Positions 1 to 12,718 of a stretch of 64,000 nucleotides of DNA are shown piece by piece. Source of the stretch: Escherichia coli (GTDB lineage: Bacteria > Pseudomonadota > Gammaproteobacteria > Enterobacterales > Enterobacteriaceae); the NCBI RefSeq assembly GCF_003334355.1, contig NZ_QOWP01000019.1; one strand, given 5' to 3'. The translations under genes were made by a program, and so were the position numbers. The notes beneath the pieces are model-generated. The model searched no databases. It saw nothing but the letters and a program-made list of their open reading frames with translations, and was not told the origin of the DNA. Numbering within the stretch: position 1 is the first letter of the stretch; the number at the start of each line of letters is the position of its first letter.

Positions 1-35
1 TATTCGCTTATTTCCTGGCGATCTCCTACAGAGTC

Positions 36-53
36 TGTAAGAGATCTCTCACA
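36..53. promoter_or_regulatory. 18-bp imperfect palindrome tgtaagagatctctcaca, matching the UvrY/SirA response-regulator box known upstream of csrB
   Basis: Palindrome read directly; csrB lies immediately downstream of syd in K-12, which would be just beyond the window start. Confidence 0.5.
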
Positions 54-72
54 ACCAGATGGGGTATTTGGA

Positions 73-618
73 TTACAGAAGAGGCTTAAGTTGATTAAGG
101 AATTCCGCAAGATTTGAGGCTAAATGCGTCCGTTTACGTGTTCCCAGCGTCTCTTTGCACACTTCACCGGAGAGATTACACACCGAGATGACCTCTAACT
201 CTTCTTCCAGCGTCGCGATAAATAGCGTGGGCGGCAGTTTTAGCCTTTTCTGAGTCACCAGATGACCAATCAGATTTTCCTGCACCCGACGGAAGTCGTC
301 TTCACTCCAGGTTTGCAGCAATGTCAGTTTGATATCGCCAAACTGCGCGTGCATATCCCCGGCAAACTGAGTCGTATAAAAGGTATGAATTGTGGGTTGT
401 ATCACAATATCAAAAGCGCGTTCAACCGCGTTTACATTTTGTTCCCCGGTAAACGGCTGGGGTTGCCAGTATACGGCATCTTCGGTAGTTGAAATAATGC
501 ACGGTGAAGGAACACCGTACAGTTCCTCACTTAACGGCCAGCTTTTATGCTCTTCATGCCACGCATCGCAGTAGCGTGCAGTAAAATCTTTCAGGGCTTG
601 TGCGGTCAAATCGTCCAC
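73..618 (-). CDS. syd: SecY-interacting protein Syd
   Basis: 181-aa ORF recognised as Syd; same length as the K-12 protein. Confidence 0.93.
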
Positions 619-685
619 TAATTTCTCTCTTCACTTAAACCAGATACACTTGTCGTTTAGTTTATCTGGTTTATGACGGTGAAAC

Positions 686-1534
686 ATGTCTTCTTATGCA
701 AACCATCAGGCACTTGCGGGCCTGACTCTTGGAAAATCAACCGATTACCGGGATACCTATGACGCCAGCCTACTGCAAGGCGTTCCACGCAGCCTGAATC
801 GCGACCCGCTGGGTCTGAAAGCGGATAACCTGCCTTTTCACGGTACGGATATCTGGACGCTGTATGAACTTTCCTGGCTGAATGCGAAAGGTTTGCCGCA
901 GGTCGCTGTCGGTCATGTTGAACTTGATTACACCAGCGTAAATCTGATTGAGTCGAAGAGTTTTAAGCTCTATCTCAACAGTTTTAACCAGACGCGTTTT
1001 AATAACTGGGATGAGGTGCGCCAGACGCTGGAGCGCGACTTAAGCACTTGCGCTCAGGGTAAGATTAGCGTGGCGTTATATCGTCTTGATGAACTGGAAG
1101 GCCAGCCGATAGGTCATTTTAATGGCACTTGCATTGATGACCAGGATATCACTATCGATAACTATGAATTCACTACTGACTATCTGGAGAATGCCACCTG
1201 TGGTGAAAAAGTAGTGGAAGAGACGCTTGTCAGCCACCTGCTGAAATCAAACTGCCTGATCACCCATCAACCAGATTGGGGTTCGATCCAAATTCAGTAT
1301 CGTGGACGCCAAATTGACAGAGAAAAACTGCTGCGTTACCTGGTCTCATTCCGTCATCACAACGAGTTCCACGAACAGTGCGTGGAACGCATCTTTAATG
1401 ACCTGTTACGCTTCTGCCAGCCAGAAAAATTGAGCGTTTACGCACGTTATACCCGTCGTGGCGGTCTGGACATTAACCCGTGGCGCAGTAATAGCGATTT
1501 TGTCCCATCGACCACAAGACTGGTTCGGCAATAA
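686..1534 (+). CDS. queF: NADPH-dependent 7-cyano-7-deazaguanine reductase (queuosine biosynthesis)
   Basis: 282-aa ORF recognised as QueF (YqcD). Confidence 0.93.
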   Translation: MSSYANHQALAGLTLGKSTDYRDTYDASLLQGVPRSLNRDPLGLKADNLPFHGTDIWTLYELSWLNAKGLPQVAVGHVELDYTSVNLIESKSFKLYLNSFNQTRFNNWDEVRQTLERDLSTCAQGKISVALYRLDELEGQPIGHFNGTCIDDQDITIDNYEFTTDYLENATCGEKVVEETLVSHLLKSNCLITHQPDWGSIQIQYRGRQIDREKLLRYLVSFRHHNEFHEQCVERIFNDLLRFCQPEKLSVYARYTRRGGLDINPWRSNSDFVPSTTRLVRQ

Positions 1535-1645
1535 ATTTTTTCTCAATTTTGCGTGCTGGATTCACGCAGAAGGTTGTGAAAGGTCATCAGGCAGGGCTAT
1601 TGTAATCAAAGGGAATGACGATATTCGTCCCATAAGGAGTTTTTC

Positions 1646-3010
1646 TTGATTACACATATTAGCCCGCTTGGCTCCATGGATATGTTGTCGCAGCTGGAAG
1701 TGGATATGCTTAAACGCACCGCCAGCAGCGACCTCTATCAACTGTTTCGCAACTGTTCACTTGCCGTACTGAACTCCGGTAGTTTGACCGATAACAGCAA
1801 AGAATTGCTGTCTCGTTTTGAAAATTTCGATATTAACGTCTTGCGCCGTGAACGCGGCGTAAAGCTGGAACTGATTAATCCCCCGGAAGAGGCTTTTGTC
1901 GATGGGCGAATTATTCGCGCTTTGCAGGCCAACTTGTTCGCGGTCCTGCGTGACATTCTCTTCGTTTACGGGCAAATCCATAACACCGTTCGTTTTCCCA
2001 ACCTGAATCTCGACAACTCCGTCCACATCACTAACCTGGTCTTTTCCATCTTGCGTAACGCTCGCGCGCTGCATGTGGGTGAAGCGCCAAATATGGTGGT
2101 CTGCTGGGGCGGTCACTCAATTAACGAAAACGAGTATTTGTATGCCCGTCGCGTCGGAAACCAGCTGGGCCTGCGTGAGCTGAATATCTGCACCGGCTGT
2201 GGTCCGGGAGCGATGGAAGCGCCGATGAAAGGTGCTGCGGTCGGACACGCGCAGCAGCGTTACAAAGACAGTCGTTTTATTGGTATGACAGAGCCGTCGA
2301 TTATCGCCGCTGAACCGCCTAACCCGCTGGTCAACGAATTGATCATCATGCCAGATATCGAAAAACGTCTGGAAGCGTTTGTCCGTATCGCTCACGGTAT
2401 CATTATCTTCCCTGGCGGTGTGGGTACGGCAGAAGAGTTGTTGTATTTGCTGGGAATTTTAATGAACCCGGCCAACAAAGATCAGGTTTTACCATTGATC
2501 CTCACCGGCCCGAAAGAGAGCGCCGACTACTTCCGCGTACTGGACGAGTTTGTCGTACATACGCTGGGCGAAAACGCGCGCCGCCATTACCGCATCATCA
2601 TTGATGACGCCGCTGAAGTCGCTCGTCAGATGAAAAAATCGATGCCGCTGGTGAAAGAAAATCGCCGCGACACTGGTGACGCTTACAGCTTTAACTGGTC
2701 AATGCGCATTGCACCAGATTTGCAAATGCCGTTTGAGCCGTCTCACGAGAATATGGCTAATCTGAAGCTTTACCCGGATCAACCTGTTGAAGTGCTGGCT
2801 GCCGACCTGCGCCGTGCGTTCTCCGGTATTGTGGCGGGTAACGTAAAAGAAGTCGGTATTCGCGCCATTGAAGAGTTTGGTCCTTACAAAATCAACGGCG
2901 ATAAAGAGATTATGCGTCGTATGGACGACCTGCTACAGGGTTTTGTTGCCCAGCATCGTATGAAGTTGCCAGGCTCAGCCTACATCCCTTGCTACGAAAT
3001 CTGCACGTAA
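1646..3010 (+). CDS. ppnN: Nucleotide 5'-monophosphate nucleosidase PpnN (YgdH)
   Basis: 454-aa ORF recognised as PpnN/YgdH. Confidence 0.9.
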
Positions 3011-3020
3011 TCTCCCCTCC

Positions 3021-3056
3021 CCCGGTGACGTTTGTTGCCGGGTTTTCTCGTTTTTG
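3021..3056 (+). terminator. Rho-independent terminator after ppnN
   Basis: Short GC stem (cccgg...ccggg) followed by a T-rich run ttttctcgttttt. Confidence 0.5.
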
Positions 3057-3566
3057 GTCACTTACTCATCAACTCATTTCATTTGTTATATGAATGTTTC
3101 TTACCACCCTCACGCGACAAATATCATCACAGTTAATATGTCATACAATTTATATTGCAACGCAAACGTTTCCCTATTTTCATAAACCGTATTTTATCGC
3201 TATGAAAAAGAAATTATCGCCATGATTAACTAAAAGTATTGATTTTTTCAGTTCAACCTACATATATTGCGCGCCCCGGAAGAAGTCAGATGTCGTTTAA
3301 TGGGCAAATATTGCCCTTAAATTCTCTTTTACTTTTAATTTACAGAGTAAAGCGTTGGGATAATCTATCTTCCAAGTAGATTATTGTATTTGGGATCAAG
3401 ATCACTGATAGATACATAACTTGTGTGTATCTTTCCGCCCTCAAATTATTACGGCGGTAAATGATTAAGCCATCGCCGATAGACAGATTTCATTTTTACG
3501 GTCAGGCACCTTCCCGGGCTGAACTGGCTAAAAGCTGAATTATTTGCATTCCTCCAGGAGAAATAG

Positions 3567-4856
3567 ATGGAAACGACTCAAACCAGCACGATTGCGTCGA
3601 AAGACTCTCGTAGTGCCTGGCGCAAGACAGACACCATGTGGATGCTGGGCCTTTACGGCACGGCAATCGGCGCGGGCGTGCTGTTCCTGCCAATCAACGC
3701 CGGTGTTGGCGGTATGATCCCGCTGATCATCATGGCTATCCTTGCGTTCCCGATGACGTTTTTTGCTCACCGCGGCCTGACTCGCTTCGTACTGTCTGGT
3801 AAAAACCCGGGCGAAGACATCACCGAGGTTGTAGAAGAACACTTTGGTATTGGCGCAGGTAAACTGATTACCCTGCTCTACTTCTTCGCTATCTACCCGA
3901 TCCTGCTGGTTTATAGCGTGGCAATCACCAATACCGTTGAAAGCTTCATGTCTCACCAGCTGGGTATGACGCCACCGCCGCGTGCGATTCTGTCGCTGAT
4001 CCTGATCGTGGGTATGATGACCATCGTTCGCTTCGGTGAGCAGATGATCGTTAAAGCGATGAGTATTCTGGTATTCCCGTTTGTTGGCGTACTGATGCTG
4101 CTGGCTCTGTACCTGATCCCGCAGTGGAACGGCGCTGCACTGGAAACGCTGTCTCTGGACACTGCATCTGCAACCGGAAACGGTCTGTGGATGACCCTGT
4201 GGCTGGCAATTCCGGTAATGGTGTTCTCGTTCAACCACTCTCCGATCATCTCTTCTTTCGCCGTTGCGAAGCGTGAAGAGTACGGCGATATGGCAGAACA
4301 GAAATGCTCGAAGATCCTGGCATTCGCACACATCATGATGGTGCTGACCGTAATGTTCTTCGTCTTCAGCTGTGTACTGAGCCTGACTCCGGCAGACCTG
4401 GCTGCGGCTAAAGAGCAGAACATCTCGATTCTGTCTTACCTGGCTAACCACTTTAACGCACCGGTTATCGCGTGGATGGCTCCGATTATCGCGATTATCG
4501 CTATCACCAAATCCTTCCTCGGTCACTACCTGGGCGCACGTGAAGGCTTCAACGGTATGGTGATTAAATCTCTGCGTGGTAAAGGTAAGTCTATCGAAAT
4601 CAACAAGCTGAACCGTATCACTGCGCTGTTCATGCTGGTAACGACCTGGATTGTTGCCACCCTGAACCCGAGCATCCTGGGTATGATTGAAACCCTGGGC
4701 GGTCCAATCATCGCGATGATCCTGTTCCTGATGCCGATGTACGCAATTCAGAAAGTACCGGCAATGCGTAAGTACAGCGGTCACATCAGCAACGTATTCG
4801 TTGTCGTGATGGGTCTGATTGCAATCTCCGCAATCTTCTACTCTCTGTTCAGCTAA
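3567..4856 (+). CDS. sdaC: Serine:H+ symporter SdaC (HAAAP family)
   Basis: 429-aa polytopic membrane ORF recognised as SdaC; preceded by a ggag RBS. Confidence 0.95.
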   Translation: METTQTSTIASKDSRSAWRKTDTMWMLGLYGTAIGAGVLFLPINAGVGGMIPLIIMAILAFPMTFFAHRGLTRFVLSGKNPGEDITEVVEEHFGIGAGKLITLLYFFAIYPILLVYSVAITNTVESFMSHQLGMTPPPRAILSLILIVGMMTIVRFGEQMIVKAMSILVFPFVGVLMLLALYLIPQWNGAALETLSLDTASATGNGLWMTLWLAIPVMVFSFNHSPIISSFAVAKREEYGDMAEQKCSKILAFAHIMMVLTVMFFVFSCVLSLTPADLAAAKEQNISILSYLANHFNAPVIAWMAPIIAIIAITKSFLGHYLGAREGFNGMVIKSLRGKGKSIEINKLNRITALFMLVTTWIVATLNPSILGMIETLGGPIIAMILFLMPMYAIQKVPAMRKYSGHISNVFVVVMGLIAISAIFYSLFS

Positions 4857-4913
4857 GTCCTTTCGCGCCGCTTTCGGGCGGCGCTTCCTCCGTTTTAACG
4901 CGATGTATTTCCT

Positions 4914-6281
4914 ATGATTAGCGTATTCGATATTTTCAAAATCGGCATTGGCCCTTCCAGTTCTCATACCGTTGGACCAATGAAAGCGGGTAAACAATTT
5001 ACCGACGATCTGATTGCCCGTAACCTGCTTAAAGACGTGACCCGCGTGGTGGTTGACGTGTACGGCTCGCTCTCTCTGACCGGTAAAGGCCACCACACTG
5101 ATATCGCCATTATTATGGGCCTGGCGGGTAACCTGCCGGATACCGTGGATATCGATTCCATCCCTGGTTTTATTCAGGATGTGAATACTCATGGTCGCCT
5201 GATGCTGGCAAACGGTCAGCATGAAGTGGAGTTCCCGGTTGATCAGTGCATGAACTTCCATGCAGACAACCTTTCTCTGCATGAAAACGGTATGCGCATT
5301 ACCGCGCTGGCGGGCGATAAAGTCGTTTACAGCCAGACTTACTACTCTATTGGCGGTGGCTTTATCGTTGATGAAGAGCATTTTGGCCAGCAGAATAGCG
5401 CACCGGTTGAAGTTCCTTATCCGTACAGTTCAGCAGCCGATCTGCAAAAACATTGTCAGGAAACCGGGCTGTCACTCTCTGGCCTGATGATGAAAAATGA
5501 GCTGGCGCTGCACAGCAAAGAAGAGCTGGAACAGCACCTGGCGAACGTCTGGGAAGTCATGCGCGGCGGTATTGAGCGCGGTATTTCTACCGAAGGCGTG
5601 TTGCCTGGCAAACTGCGCGTACCACGCCGTGCTGCGGCACTACGCCGGATGCTGGTCAGCCAGGATAAAACCACCACTGACCCGATGGCGGTTGTTGACT
5701 GGATCAACATGTTTGCACTGGCAGTGAACGAAGAGAACGCCGCTGGCGGTCGCGTGGTGACTGCGCCGACTAACGGTGCGTGCGGGATTATCCCGGCTGT
5801 GCTGGCGTACTACGATAAGTTTATCCGCGAAGTGAACGCTAACTCACTGGCTCGTTACCTGCTGGTAGCCAGCGCCATTGGTTCTCTTTATAAGATGAAC
5901 GCGTCAATTTCTGGTGCTGAAGTCGGCTGCCAGGGTGAAGTTGGTGTGGCGTGCTCAATGGCGGCGGCTGGTCTGGCAGAACTGTTAGGTGCAAGCCCGG
6001 CGCAGGTGTGCATCGCGGCGGAAATCGCCATGGAGCACAACCTCGGTCTGACGTGTGACCCGGTCGCCGGACAGGTCCAGGTGCCATGCATCGAGCGTAA
6101 CGCCATTGCGGCAGTAAAAGCGGTGAACGCCGCACGTATGGCGCTACGCCGTACCAGCGAGCCGCGCGTCTGCCTCGATAAAGTTATCGAAACCATGTAC
6201 GAAACAGGTAAAGATATGAACGCCAAGTACCGCGAAACCTCTCGCGGCGGCCTGGCAATGAAGATCGTTGCCTGCGATTAA
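4914..6281 (+). CDS. sdaB: L-serine dehydratase 2 (iron-sulfur)
   Basis: 455-aa ORF recognised as SdaB, directly downstream of sdaC. Confidence 0.95.
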   Translation: MISVFDIFKIGIGPSSSHTVGPMKAGKQFTDDLIARNLLKDVTRVVVDVYGSLSLTGKGHHTDIAIIMGLAGNLPDTVDIDSIPGFIQDVNTHGRLMLANGQHEVEFPVDQCMNFHADNLSLHENGMRITALAGDKVVYSQTYYSIGGGFIVDEEHFGQQNSAPVEVPYPYSSAADLQKHCQETGLSLSGLMMKNELALHSKEELEQHLANVWEVMRGGIERGISTEGVLPGKLRVPRRAAALRRMLVSQDKTTTDPMAVVDWINMFALAVNEENAAGGRVVTAPTNGACGIIPAVLAYYDKFIREVNANSLARYLLVASAIGSLYKMNASISGAEVGCQGEVGVACSMAAAGLAELLGASPAQVCIAAEIAMEHNLGLTCDPVAGQVQVPCIERNAIAAVKAVNAARMALRRTSEPRVCLDKVIETMYETGKDMNAKYRETSRGGLAMKIVACD

Positions 6282-7148
<867 letters not shown>

Positions 7149-7154
7149 CGGCGA

Positions 7155-7184
7155 GCCGGATACGCCGCAAACGTCGTATCCGGC
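7155..7184. repeat. REP-type palindrome between convergent xni and fucO, probably a bidirectional terminator
   Basis: gccggatacg...cgtatccggc 10-bp perfect inverted arms. Confidence 0.6.
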
Positions 7185-7202
7185 ATTATCACATCAGCGC
7201 AT

Positions 7203-8351
7203 TTACCAGGCGGTATGGTAAAGCTCTACAATATCCTCAAGCGTTGCTTCACGCGGGTTGCCACCGGTACAAACATCATCCAGTGCCGCCTGCGCCAGTG
7301 CCGGAATGTCTTCCTTGCGTACACCAACATCACGCAAATGTGGCGGAATACCGACATCACGGTTGAGAGCAAACACCGCTTCAACAGCGGCATTACGCGC
7401 CTCTTCCAGGCTCATACCTTCCACTTTCACGCCCATAACGCGCGCGATATCGCGGTACTTCTCACCGGTAAAGTCAGCGTTATAACGCATGACATGCGGT
7501 AACAGGATGGCGTTCGCAACACCGTGTGGAGTGTTATAAAACGCGCCCAGTGGATGCGCCATACCATGCACCAACCCTAACCCAACATTCGAGAAGCCCA
7601 TACCCGCAACATACTGCCCGAGCGCCATTTCTTCTCCGGCATCCTTATCACCAGCAACCGATCCTCGCAGCGCCCCAGCAATGATTTCAATCGCTTTAAT
7701 GTGCAGTGCATCGGTTAGCGCCCACGCGCCACGGGTAATATACCCCTCAATAGCATGAGTGAGCGCATCGACACCCGTCGCAGCTTTCAGCGCTGGAGGC
7801 ATACCATCCATCATGTCAGCGTCAATAAACGCCACCTGCGGGATATCATGCGGATCAACGCAAACAAACTTGCGCCGTTTCTCTTCGTCAGTGATCACGT
7901 AGTTAATGGTCACTTCTGCCGCAGTACCTGCTGTGGTAGGAATTGCCAGAATCGGTACACTGGGTTTATTGGTCGGGGAAAGCCCTTCCAGGCTACGCAC
8001 ATCGGCAAACTCCGGGTTGTTGCTGATAATGCCAATCGCTTTACAAGTATCCTGTGGAGAACCACCACCAATAGCGATCAGGTAATCCGCGCCGCTATTC
8101 TGGAATACACCGAGCCCTTCTTTGACGACAGTAATTGTTGGGTTGGGCACTACGCCGTCGTAAATCGCCCATGCCAGCCCTGCAGCATCCATCTTATCGG
8201 TCACTTTCGCCACCACGCCGCATTGCACCAGCGTTTTATCGGTGACGATCAGCGCCTTCTGATAACCACGGCGTTTCACCTCATCGGTTAAAGCCCCAAC
8301 AGCACCCCGACCAAACCATGCCGTTTCGTTCAGAATCATTCTGTTAGCCAT
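7203..8351 (-). CDS. fucO: L-1,2-propanediol oxidoreductase (lactaldehyde reductase)
   Basis: Iron-type alcohol dehydrogenase ORF recognised as FucO; two adjacent in-frame ATGs, so the start is 8351 or 8354. Confidence 0.93.
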   Translation of the reverse strand: MANRMILNETAWFGRGAVGALTDEVKRRGYQKALIVTDKTLVQCGVVAKVTDKMDAAGLAWAIYDGVVPNPTITVVKEGLGVFQNSGADYLIAIGGGSPQDTCKAIGIISNNPEFADVRSLEGLSPTNKPSVPILAIPTTAGTAAEVTINYVITDEEKRRKFVCVDPHDIPQVAFIDADMMDGMPPALKAATGVDALTHAIEGYITRGAWALTDALHIKAIEIIAGALRGSVAGDKDAGEEMALGQYVAGMGFSNVGLGLVHGMAHPLGAFYNTPHGVANAILLPHVMRYNADFTGEKYRDIARVMGVKVEGMSLEEARNAAVEAVFALNRDVGIPPHLRDVGVRKEDIPALAQAALDDVCTGGNPREATLEDIVELYHTAW

Positions 8352-8378
8352 CATCCTTCTCCTTGTTGCTTTACGAAA

Positions 8379-9026
8379 TTACTCTTCAATCCGTAACCCA
8401 TAGGTTTTGAATTTCTCCAGCACTACGGCAATCTCTTCATCGCTCAGCACTGGCACCGGGTCCGTAATCGCCAGGGTCGTCAGGTAAAGTTGCGCCAGCA
8501 CTTCAACTTCATGCGCCAGCCATAACGCTTTTTCCAGATTCACCTCACAAGCGATAAGCCCATGATGTTGTAACAAAGTTGCCTTACGATTTTTGAGAGC
8601 CAGCGCAACATGTTCAGAAAGTTCGCGTGTTCCAAAGGTCGCATAAGGCGCGCAAGGAATAGAATTACCACCTGCCGCCGCAATCATGTAGTGAATAGCG
8701 GGGATCGGTCGGTTAAGAATGGAAACTGCTGTGCAATGAACGGCATGATTGTGAACAACCGCGTTGGCATCCGGTCTGCTTTGATAGGCCGCCATATGGA
8801 AACGCCATTCGCTTGAGGGGAGCTTTCCTTCCTCATGTTTACCGTTGCCATCAATAAAGACAATATGCGACTCCGTCAGTTTTTCATATGGAATGCCTGT
8901 AGGCGTAATCAGCATCCCATCCTGATAACGTACACTGACGTTCCCCGCTGTCCCCTGGTTCAGTCCCAGGCGGGTCATTTCCAGGCAAGTGTCAATAATC
9001 TGACGAGCAAGTTTATTTCGTTCCAT
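8379..9026 (-). CDS. fucA: L-fuculose-1-phosphate aldolase
   Basis: 215-aa class II aldolase ORF recognised as FucA. Confidence 0.95.
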   Translation of the reverse strand: MERNKLARQIIDTCLEMTRLGLNQGTAGNVSVRYQDGMLITPTGIPYEKLTESHIVFIDGNGKHEEGKLPSSEWRFHMAAYQSRPDANAVVHNHAVHCTAVSILNRPIPAIHYMIAAAGGNSIPCAPYATFGTRELSEHVALALKNRKATLLQHHGLIACEVNLEKALWLAHEVEVLAQLYLTTLAITDPVPVLSDEEIAVVLEKFKTYGLRIEE

Positions 9027-9572
9027 TAGCTACCTCTCTCTGATTCAAAACAGGGCAATAATGTTGTTCCTTTCACACTATTGAATTAGCCGTTTAATTA
9101 CCCACCATCTTCTTCCTGATTAACCAGAAAGAAATTCACAAGCTTATATTTTGTGACATGGTTCAACTAATCACAGTAAATAACTGCAAGTTCTCTTTTT
9201 ATAACCCCATTAAAAATGACCGCTCTTAAAAATATTTATCAAAACGGTCATTTTTCTATTCACCCAAGCCAGGAATGCCCGTTTTCGGCATAAACAATTA
9301 ATACGGTCATCTGGTTTGTGTTTTTTATGATTTATTTTCTGAAACGGGCATGAAATTTCGATTATTAAAGTGATGGTAGTCACATAAAGTCACCTTCCAG
9401 CTAATAAGTGTGACCGCCGTCATATTACAGAGCGTTTTTTATTTGAAAATGAATCCATGAGTTCATTTCAGACAGGCAAATATTCACTGATATGAAGCCC
9501 GAACTCGCTGGTTTTGCACTTTTGAAAACATAACCGATTACGTGCTTAAGCTTCTGAACCTAAGAGGATGCT
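9027..9572. promoter_or_regulatory. Divergent fucAO / fucPIK control region
   Basis: 546-bp AT-rich spacer between divergent operons; contains an 11-bp perfect inverted repeat (9213-9223 / 9245-9255) and a CRP-like site agtgatggtagtcaca at 9369-9384. Confidence 0.6.
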
Positions 9573-10889
9573 ATGGGAAACACATCAATACAAACGCAGA
9601 GTTACCGTGCGGTAGATAAAGATGCAGGGCAAAGCAGAAGTTACATTATTCCATTCGCGCTGCTGTGCTCACTGTTTTTTCTTTGGGCGGTAGCCAATAA
9701 CCTTAACGACATTTTATTACCTCAATTCCAGCAGGCTTTTACGCTGACAAATTTCCAGGCTGGCCTGATCCAATCGGCCTTTTACTTTGGTTATTTCATT
9801 ATCCCAATCCCTGCTGGGATATTGATGAAAAAACTCAGTTATAAAGCAGGGATTATTACCGGATTATTTTTATATGCCTTGGGCGCTGCATTATTCTGGC
9901 CCGCTGCAGAAATAATGAACTACACCTTATTTTTAGTTGGCCTATTTATTATTGCAGCCGGATTAGGTTGTCTGGAAACTGCCGCAAACCCTTTTGTTAC
10001 GGTATTAGGGCCAGAAAGCAGTGGTCACTTCCGCTTAAATCTTGCGCAAACATTTAACTCGTTTGGCGCAATTATCGCGGTTGTCTTTGGGCAAAGTCTT
10101 ATTTTGTCTAACGTGCCACATCAATCGCAAGACGTTCTCGATAAAATGTCTCCAGAGCAATTGAGTGCGTATAAACACAGCCTGGTATTATCGGTACAGA
10201 CACCTTATATGATCATCGTGGCTATCGTGTTACTGGTCGCCCTGCTGATCATGCTGACGAAATTCCCGGCATTGCAGAGTGATAATCACAGTGACGCCAA
10301 ACAAGGATCGTTCTCCGCATCGCTTTCTCGTCTGGCGCGTATTCGTCACTGGCGCTGGGCGGTATTAGCGCAATTCTGCTATGTCGGCGCACAAACGGCC
10401 TGCTGGAGCTATTTGATTCGCTACGCTGTAGAAGAAATTCCAGGTATGACTGCCGGCTTTGCCGCTAACTATTTAACCGGAACCATGGTGTGCTTCTTTA
10501 TTGGTCGTTTCACCGGTACCTGGCTCATCAGTCGCTTCGCACCACACAAAGTCCTGGCCGCCTACGCATTAATCGCTATGGCACTGTGCCTGATCTCAGC
10601 CTTCGCTGGCGGTCATGTGGGCTTAATAGCCCTGACTTTATGCAGCGCCTTTATGTCGATTCAGTACCCAACAATCTTCTCGCTGGGCATTAAGAATCTC
10701 GGCCAGGACACCAAATACGGTTCGTCCTTCATCGTTATGACCATTATTGGCGGCGGTATTGTCACTCCGGTCATGGGTTTTGTCAGTGACGCGGCGGGCA
10801 ACATCCCCACTGCTGAACTGATCCCCGCACTCTGCTTCGCGGTCATCTTTATCTTTGCCCGTTTCCGTTCTCAAACGGCAACTAACTGA
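9573..10889 (+). CDS. fucP: L-fucose:H+ symporter (MFS)
   Basis: 438-aa membrane ORF recognised as FucP; RBS aagagga upstream. Confidence 0.95.
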   Translation: MGNTSIQTQSYRAVDKDAGQSRSYIIPFALLCSLFFLWAVANNLNDILLPQFQQAFTLTNFQAGLIQSAFYFGYFIIPIPAGILMKKLSYKAGIITGLFLYALGAALFWPAAEIMNYTLFLVGLFIIAAGLGCLETAANPFVTVLGPESSGHFRLNLAQTFNSFGAIIAVVFGQSLILSNVPHQSQDVLDKMSPEQLSAYKHSLVLSVQTPYMIIVAIVLLVALLIMLTKFPALQSDNHSDAKQGSFSASLSRLARIRHWRWAVLAQFCYVGAQTACWSYLIRYAVEEIPGMTAGFAANYLTGTMVCFFIGRFTGTWLISRFAPHKVLAAYALIAMALCLISAFAGGHVGLIALTLCSAFMSIQYPTIFSLGIKNLGQDTKYGSSFIVMTIIGGGIVTPVMGFVSDAAGNIPTAELIPALCFAVIFIFARFRSQTATN

Positions 10890-10921
10890 ACATATTTTCC
10901 GAATAAAGTGAGGAATCTGTA

Positions 10922-12697
10922 ATGAAAAAAATCAGCTTACCGAAAATTGGTATCCGCCCGGTTATTGACGGTCGTCGCATGGGTGTTCGTGAGTCGCTTG
11001 AAGAACAAACAATGAATATGGCGAAAGCTACGGCCGCACTGCTGACCGAGAAACTGCGCCATGCCTGCGGAGCTGCCGTCGAGTGTGTCATTTCCGATAC
11101 CTGTATCGCGGGTATGGCTGAAGCCGCTGCTTGCGAAGAAAAATTCAGCAGCCAGAATGTAGGCCTCACCATTACGGTAACGCCTTGCTGGTGCTATGGC
11201 AGTGAAACCATCGACATGGATCCAACCCGCCCGAAAGCCATTTGGGGCTTTAACGGCACTGAACGTCCCGGCGCTGTTTACCTGGCAGCGGCTCTGGCAG
11301 CTCACAGCCAGAAAGGCATCCCGGCATTCTCCATTTACGGTCATGACGTTCAGGATGCCGATGACACATCGATTCCTGCCGATGTTGAAGAAAAACTGCT
11401 GCGCTTTGCCCGCGCCGGTTTGGCCGTCGCCAGCATGAAAGGTAAAAGCTATCTGTCGCTGGGCGGCGTTTCGATGGGTATCGCCGGTTCCATCGTTGAT
11501 CACAACTTCTTTGAATCCTGGCTGGGAATGAAAGTCCAGGCGGTGGATATGACCGAACTGCGTCGCCGTATCGATCAGAAGATTTACGACGAAGCCGAAC
11601 TGGAAATGGCACTGGCCTGGGCTGATAAAAACTTCCGCTATGGCGAAGATGAAAATAACAAACAGTATCAACGCAATGCCGAGCAAAGCCGCGCAGTTCT
11701 GCGCGAAAGTTTACTGATGGCGATGTGTATCCGCGACATGATGCAAGGCAACAGCAAACTGGCCGATATTGGTCGCGTGGAAGAATCACTTGGCTACAAC
11801 GCCATCGCTGCGGGCTTCCAGGGGCAACGTCACTGGACCGATCAATATCCCAATGGTGACACCGCCGAAGCGATCCTCAACAGTTCATTTGACTGGAATG
11901 GCGTGCGCGAACCCTTTGTCGTGGCGACCGAAAACGACAGTCTTAACGGCGTGGCAATGCTAATGGGTCACCAGCTCACCGGCACCGCTCAGGTATTTGC
12001 CGATGTGCGTACCTACTGGTCACCAGAAGCAATTGAGCGTGTAACGGGGCATAAACTCGATGGACTGGCAGAACACGGCATCATCCATTTGATCAACTCA
12101 GGTTCTGCTGCGCTGGACGGTTCCTGTAAACAACGCGACAGCGAAGGTAACCCGACGATGAAGCCGCACTGGGAAATCTCTCAGCAAGAGGCTGACGCTT
12201 GCCTCGCCGCTACCGAATGGTGCCCGGCGATCCACGAATACTTCCGTGGCGGCGGTTACTCTTCCCGCTTCCTTACCGAAGGCGGCGTCCCGTTCACCAT
12301 GACTCGTGTCAACATCATCAAAGGCCTGGGACCGGTACTGCAAATCGCGGAAGGCTGGAGCGTGGAATTGCCGAAGGATGTGCATGACATCCTCAACAAA
12401 CGCACCAACTCAACCTGGCCAACCACCTGGTTTGCACCGCGCCTCACCGGTAAAGGGCCGTTTACGGATGTGTACTCGGTAATGGCGAACTGGGGCGCTA
12501 ACCATGGGGTTCTGACCATCGGCCACGTTGGCGCTGACTTTATCACTCTCGCCTCCATGCTGCGTATCCCGGTATGTATGCACAACGTTGAAGAGACCAA
12601 AGTGTATCGTCCTTCTGCCTGGGCTGCGCACGGCATGGATATTGAAGGCCAGGATTACCGCGCTTGCCAGAACTACGGCCCGTTGTACAAGCGTTAA
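10922..12697 (+). CDS. fucI: L-fucose isomerase
   Basis: 591-aa ORF recognised as FucI. Confidence 0.96.
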   Translation: MKKISLPKIGIRPVIDGRRMGVRESLEEQTMNMAKATAALLTEKLRHACGAAVECVISDTCIAGMAEAAACEEKFSSQNVGLTITVTPCWCYGSETIDMDPTRPKAIWGFNGTERPGAVYLAAALAAHSQKGIPAFSIYGHDVQDADDTSIPADVEEKLLRFARAGLAVASMKGKSYLSLGGVSMGIAGSIVDHNFFESWLGMKVQAVDMTELRRRIDQKIYDEAELEMALAWADKNFRYGEDENNKQYQRNAEQSRAVLRESLLMAMCIRDMMQGNSKLADIGRVEESLGYNAIAAGFQGQRHWTDQYPNGDTAEAILNSSFDWNGVREPFVVATENDSLNGVAMLMGHQLTGTAQVFADVRTYWSPEAIERVTGHKLDGLAEHGIIHLINSGSAALDGSCKQRDSEGNPTMKPHWEISQQEADACLAATEWCPAIHEYFRGGGYSSRFLTEGGVPFTMTRVNIIKGLGPVLQIAEGWSVELPKDVHDILNKRTNSTWPTTWFAPRLTGKGPFTDVYSVMANWGANHGVLTIGHVGADFITLASMLRIPVCMHNVEETKVYRPSAWAAHGMDIEGQDYRACQNYGPLYKR

Positions 12698-12718
12698 TAC
12701 ATTACTCCCTGATGTGAT

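Noticed and set aside
3540-5381. 613-aa minus-strand ORF spanning the sdaC-sdaB region
   Set aside because: Antisense to two recognisable genes, no RBS context, and a low-complexity His/Arg/Asp/Gln-rich translation typical of an antisense frame in GC-balanced coding DNA.
10937-11789. 249-aa and 179-aa minus-strand ORFs inside fucI
   Set aside because: Fully embedded antisense in a strongly supported gene; no independent signals.
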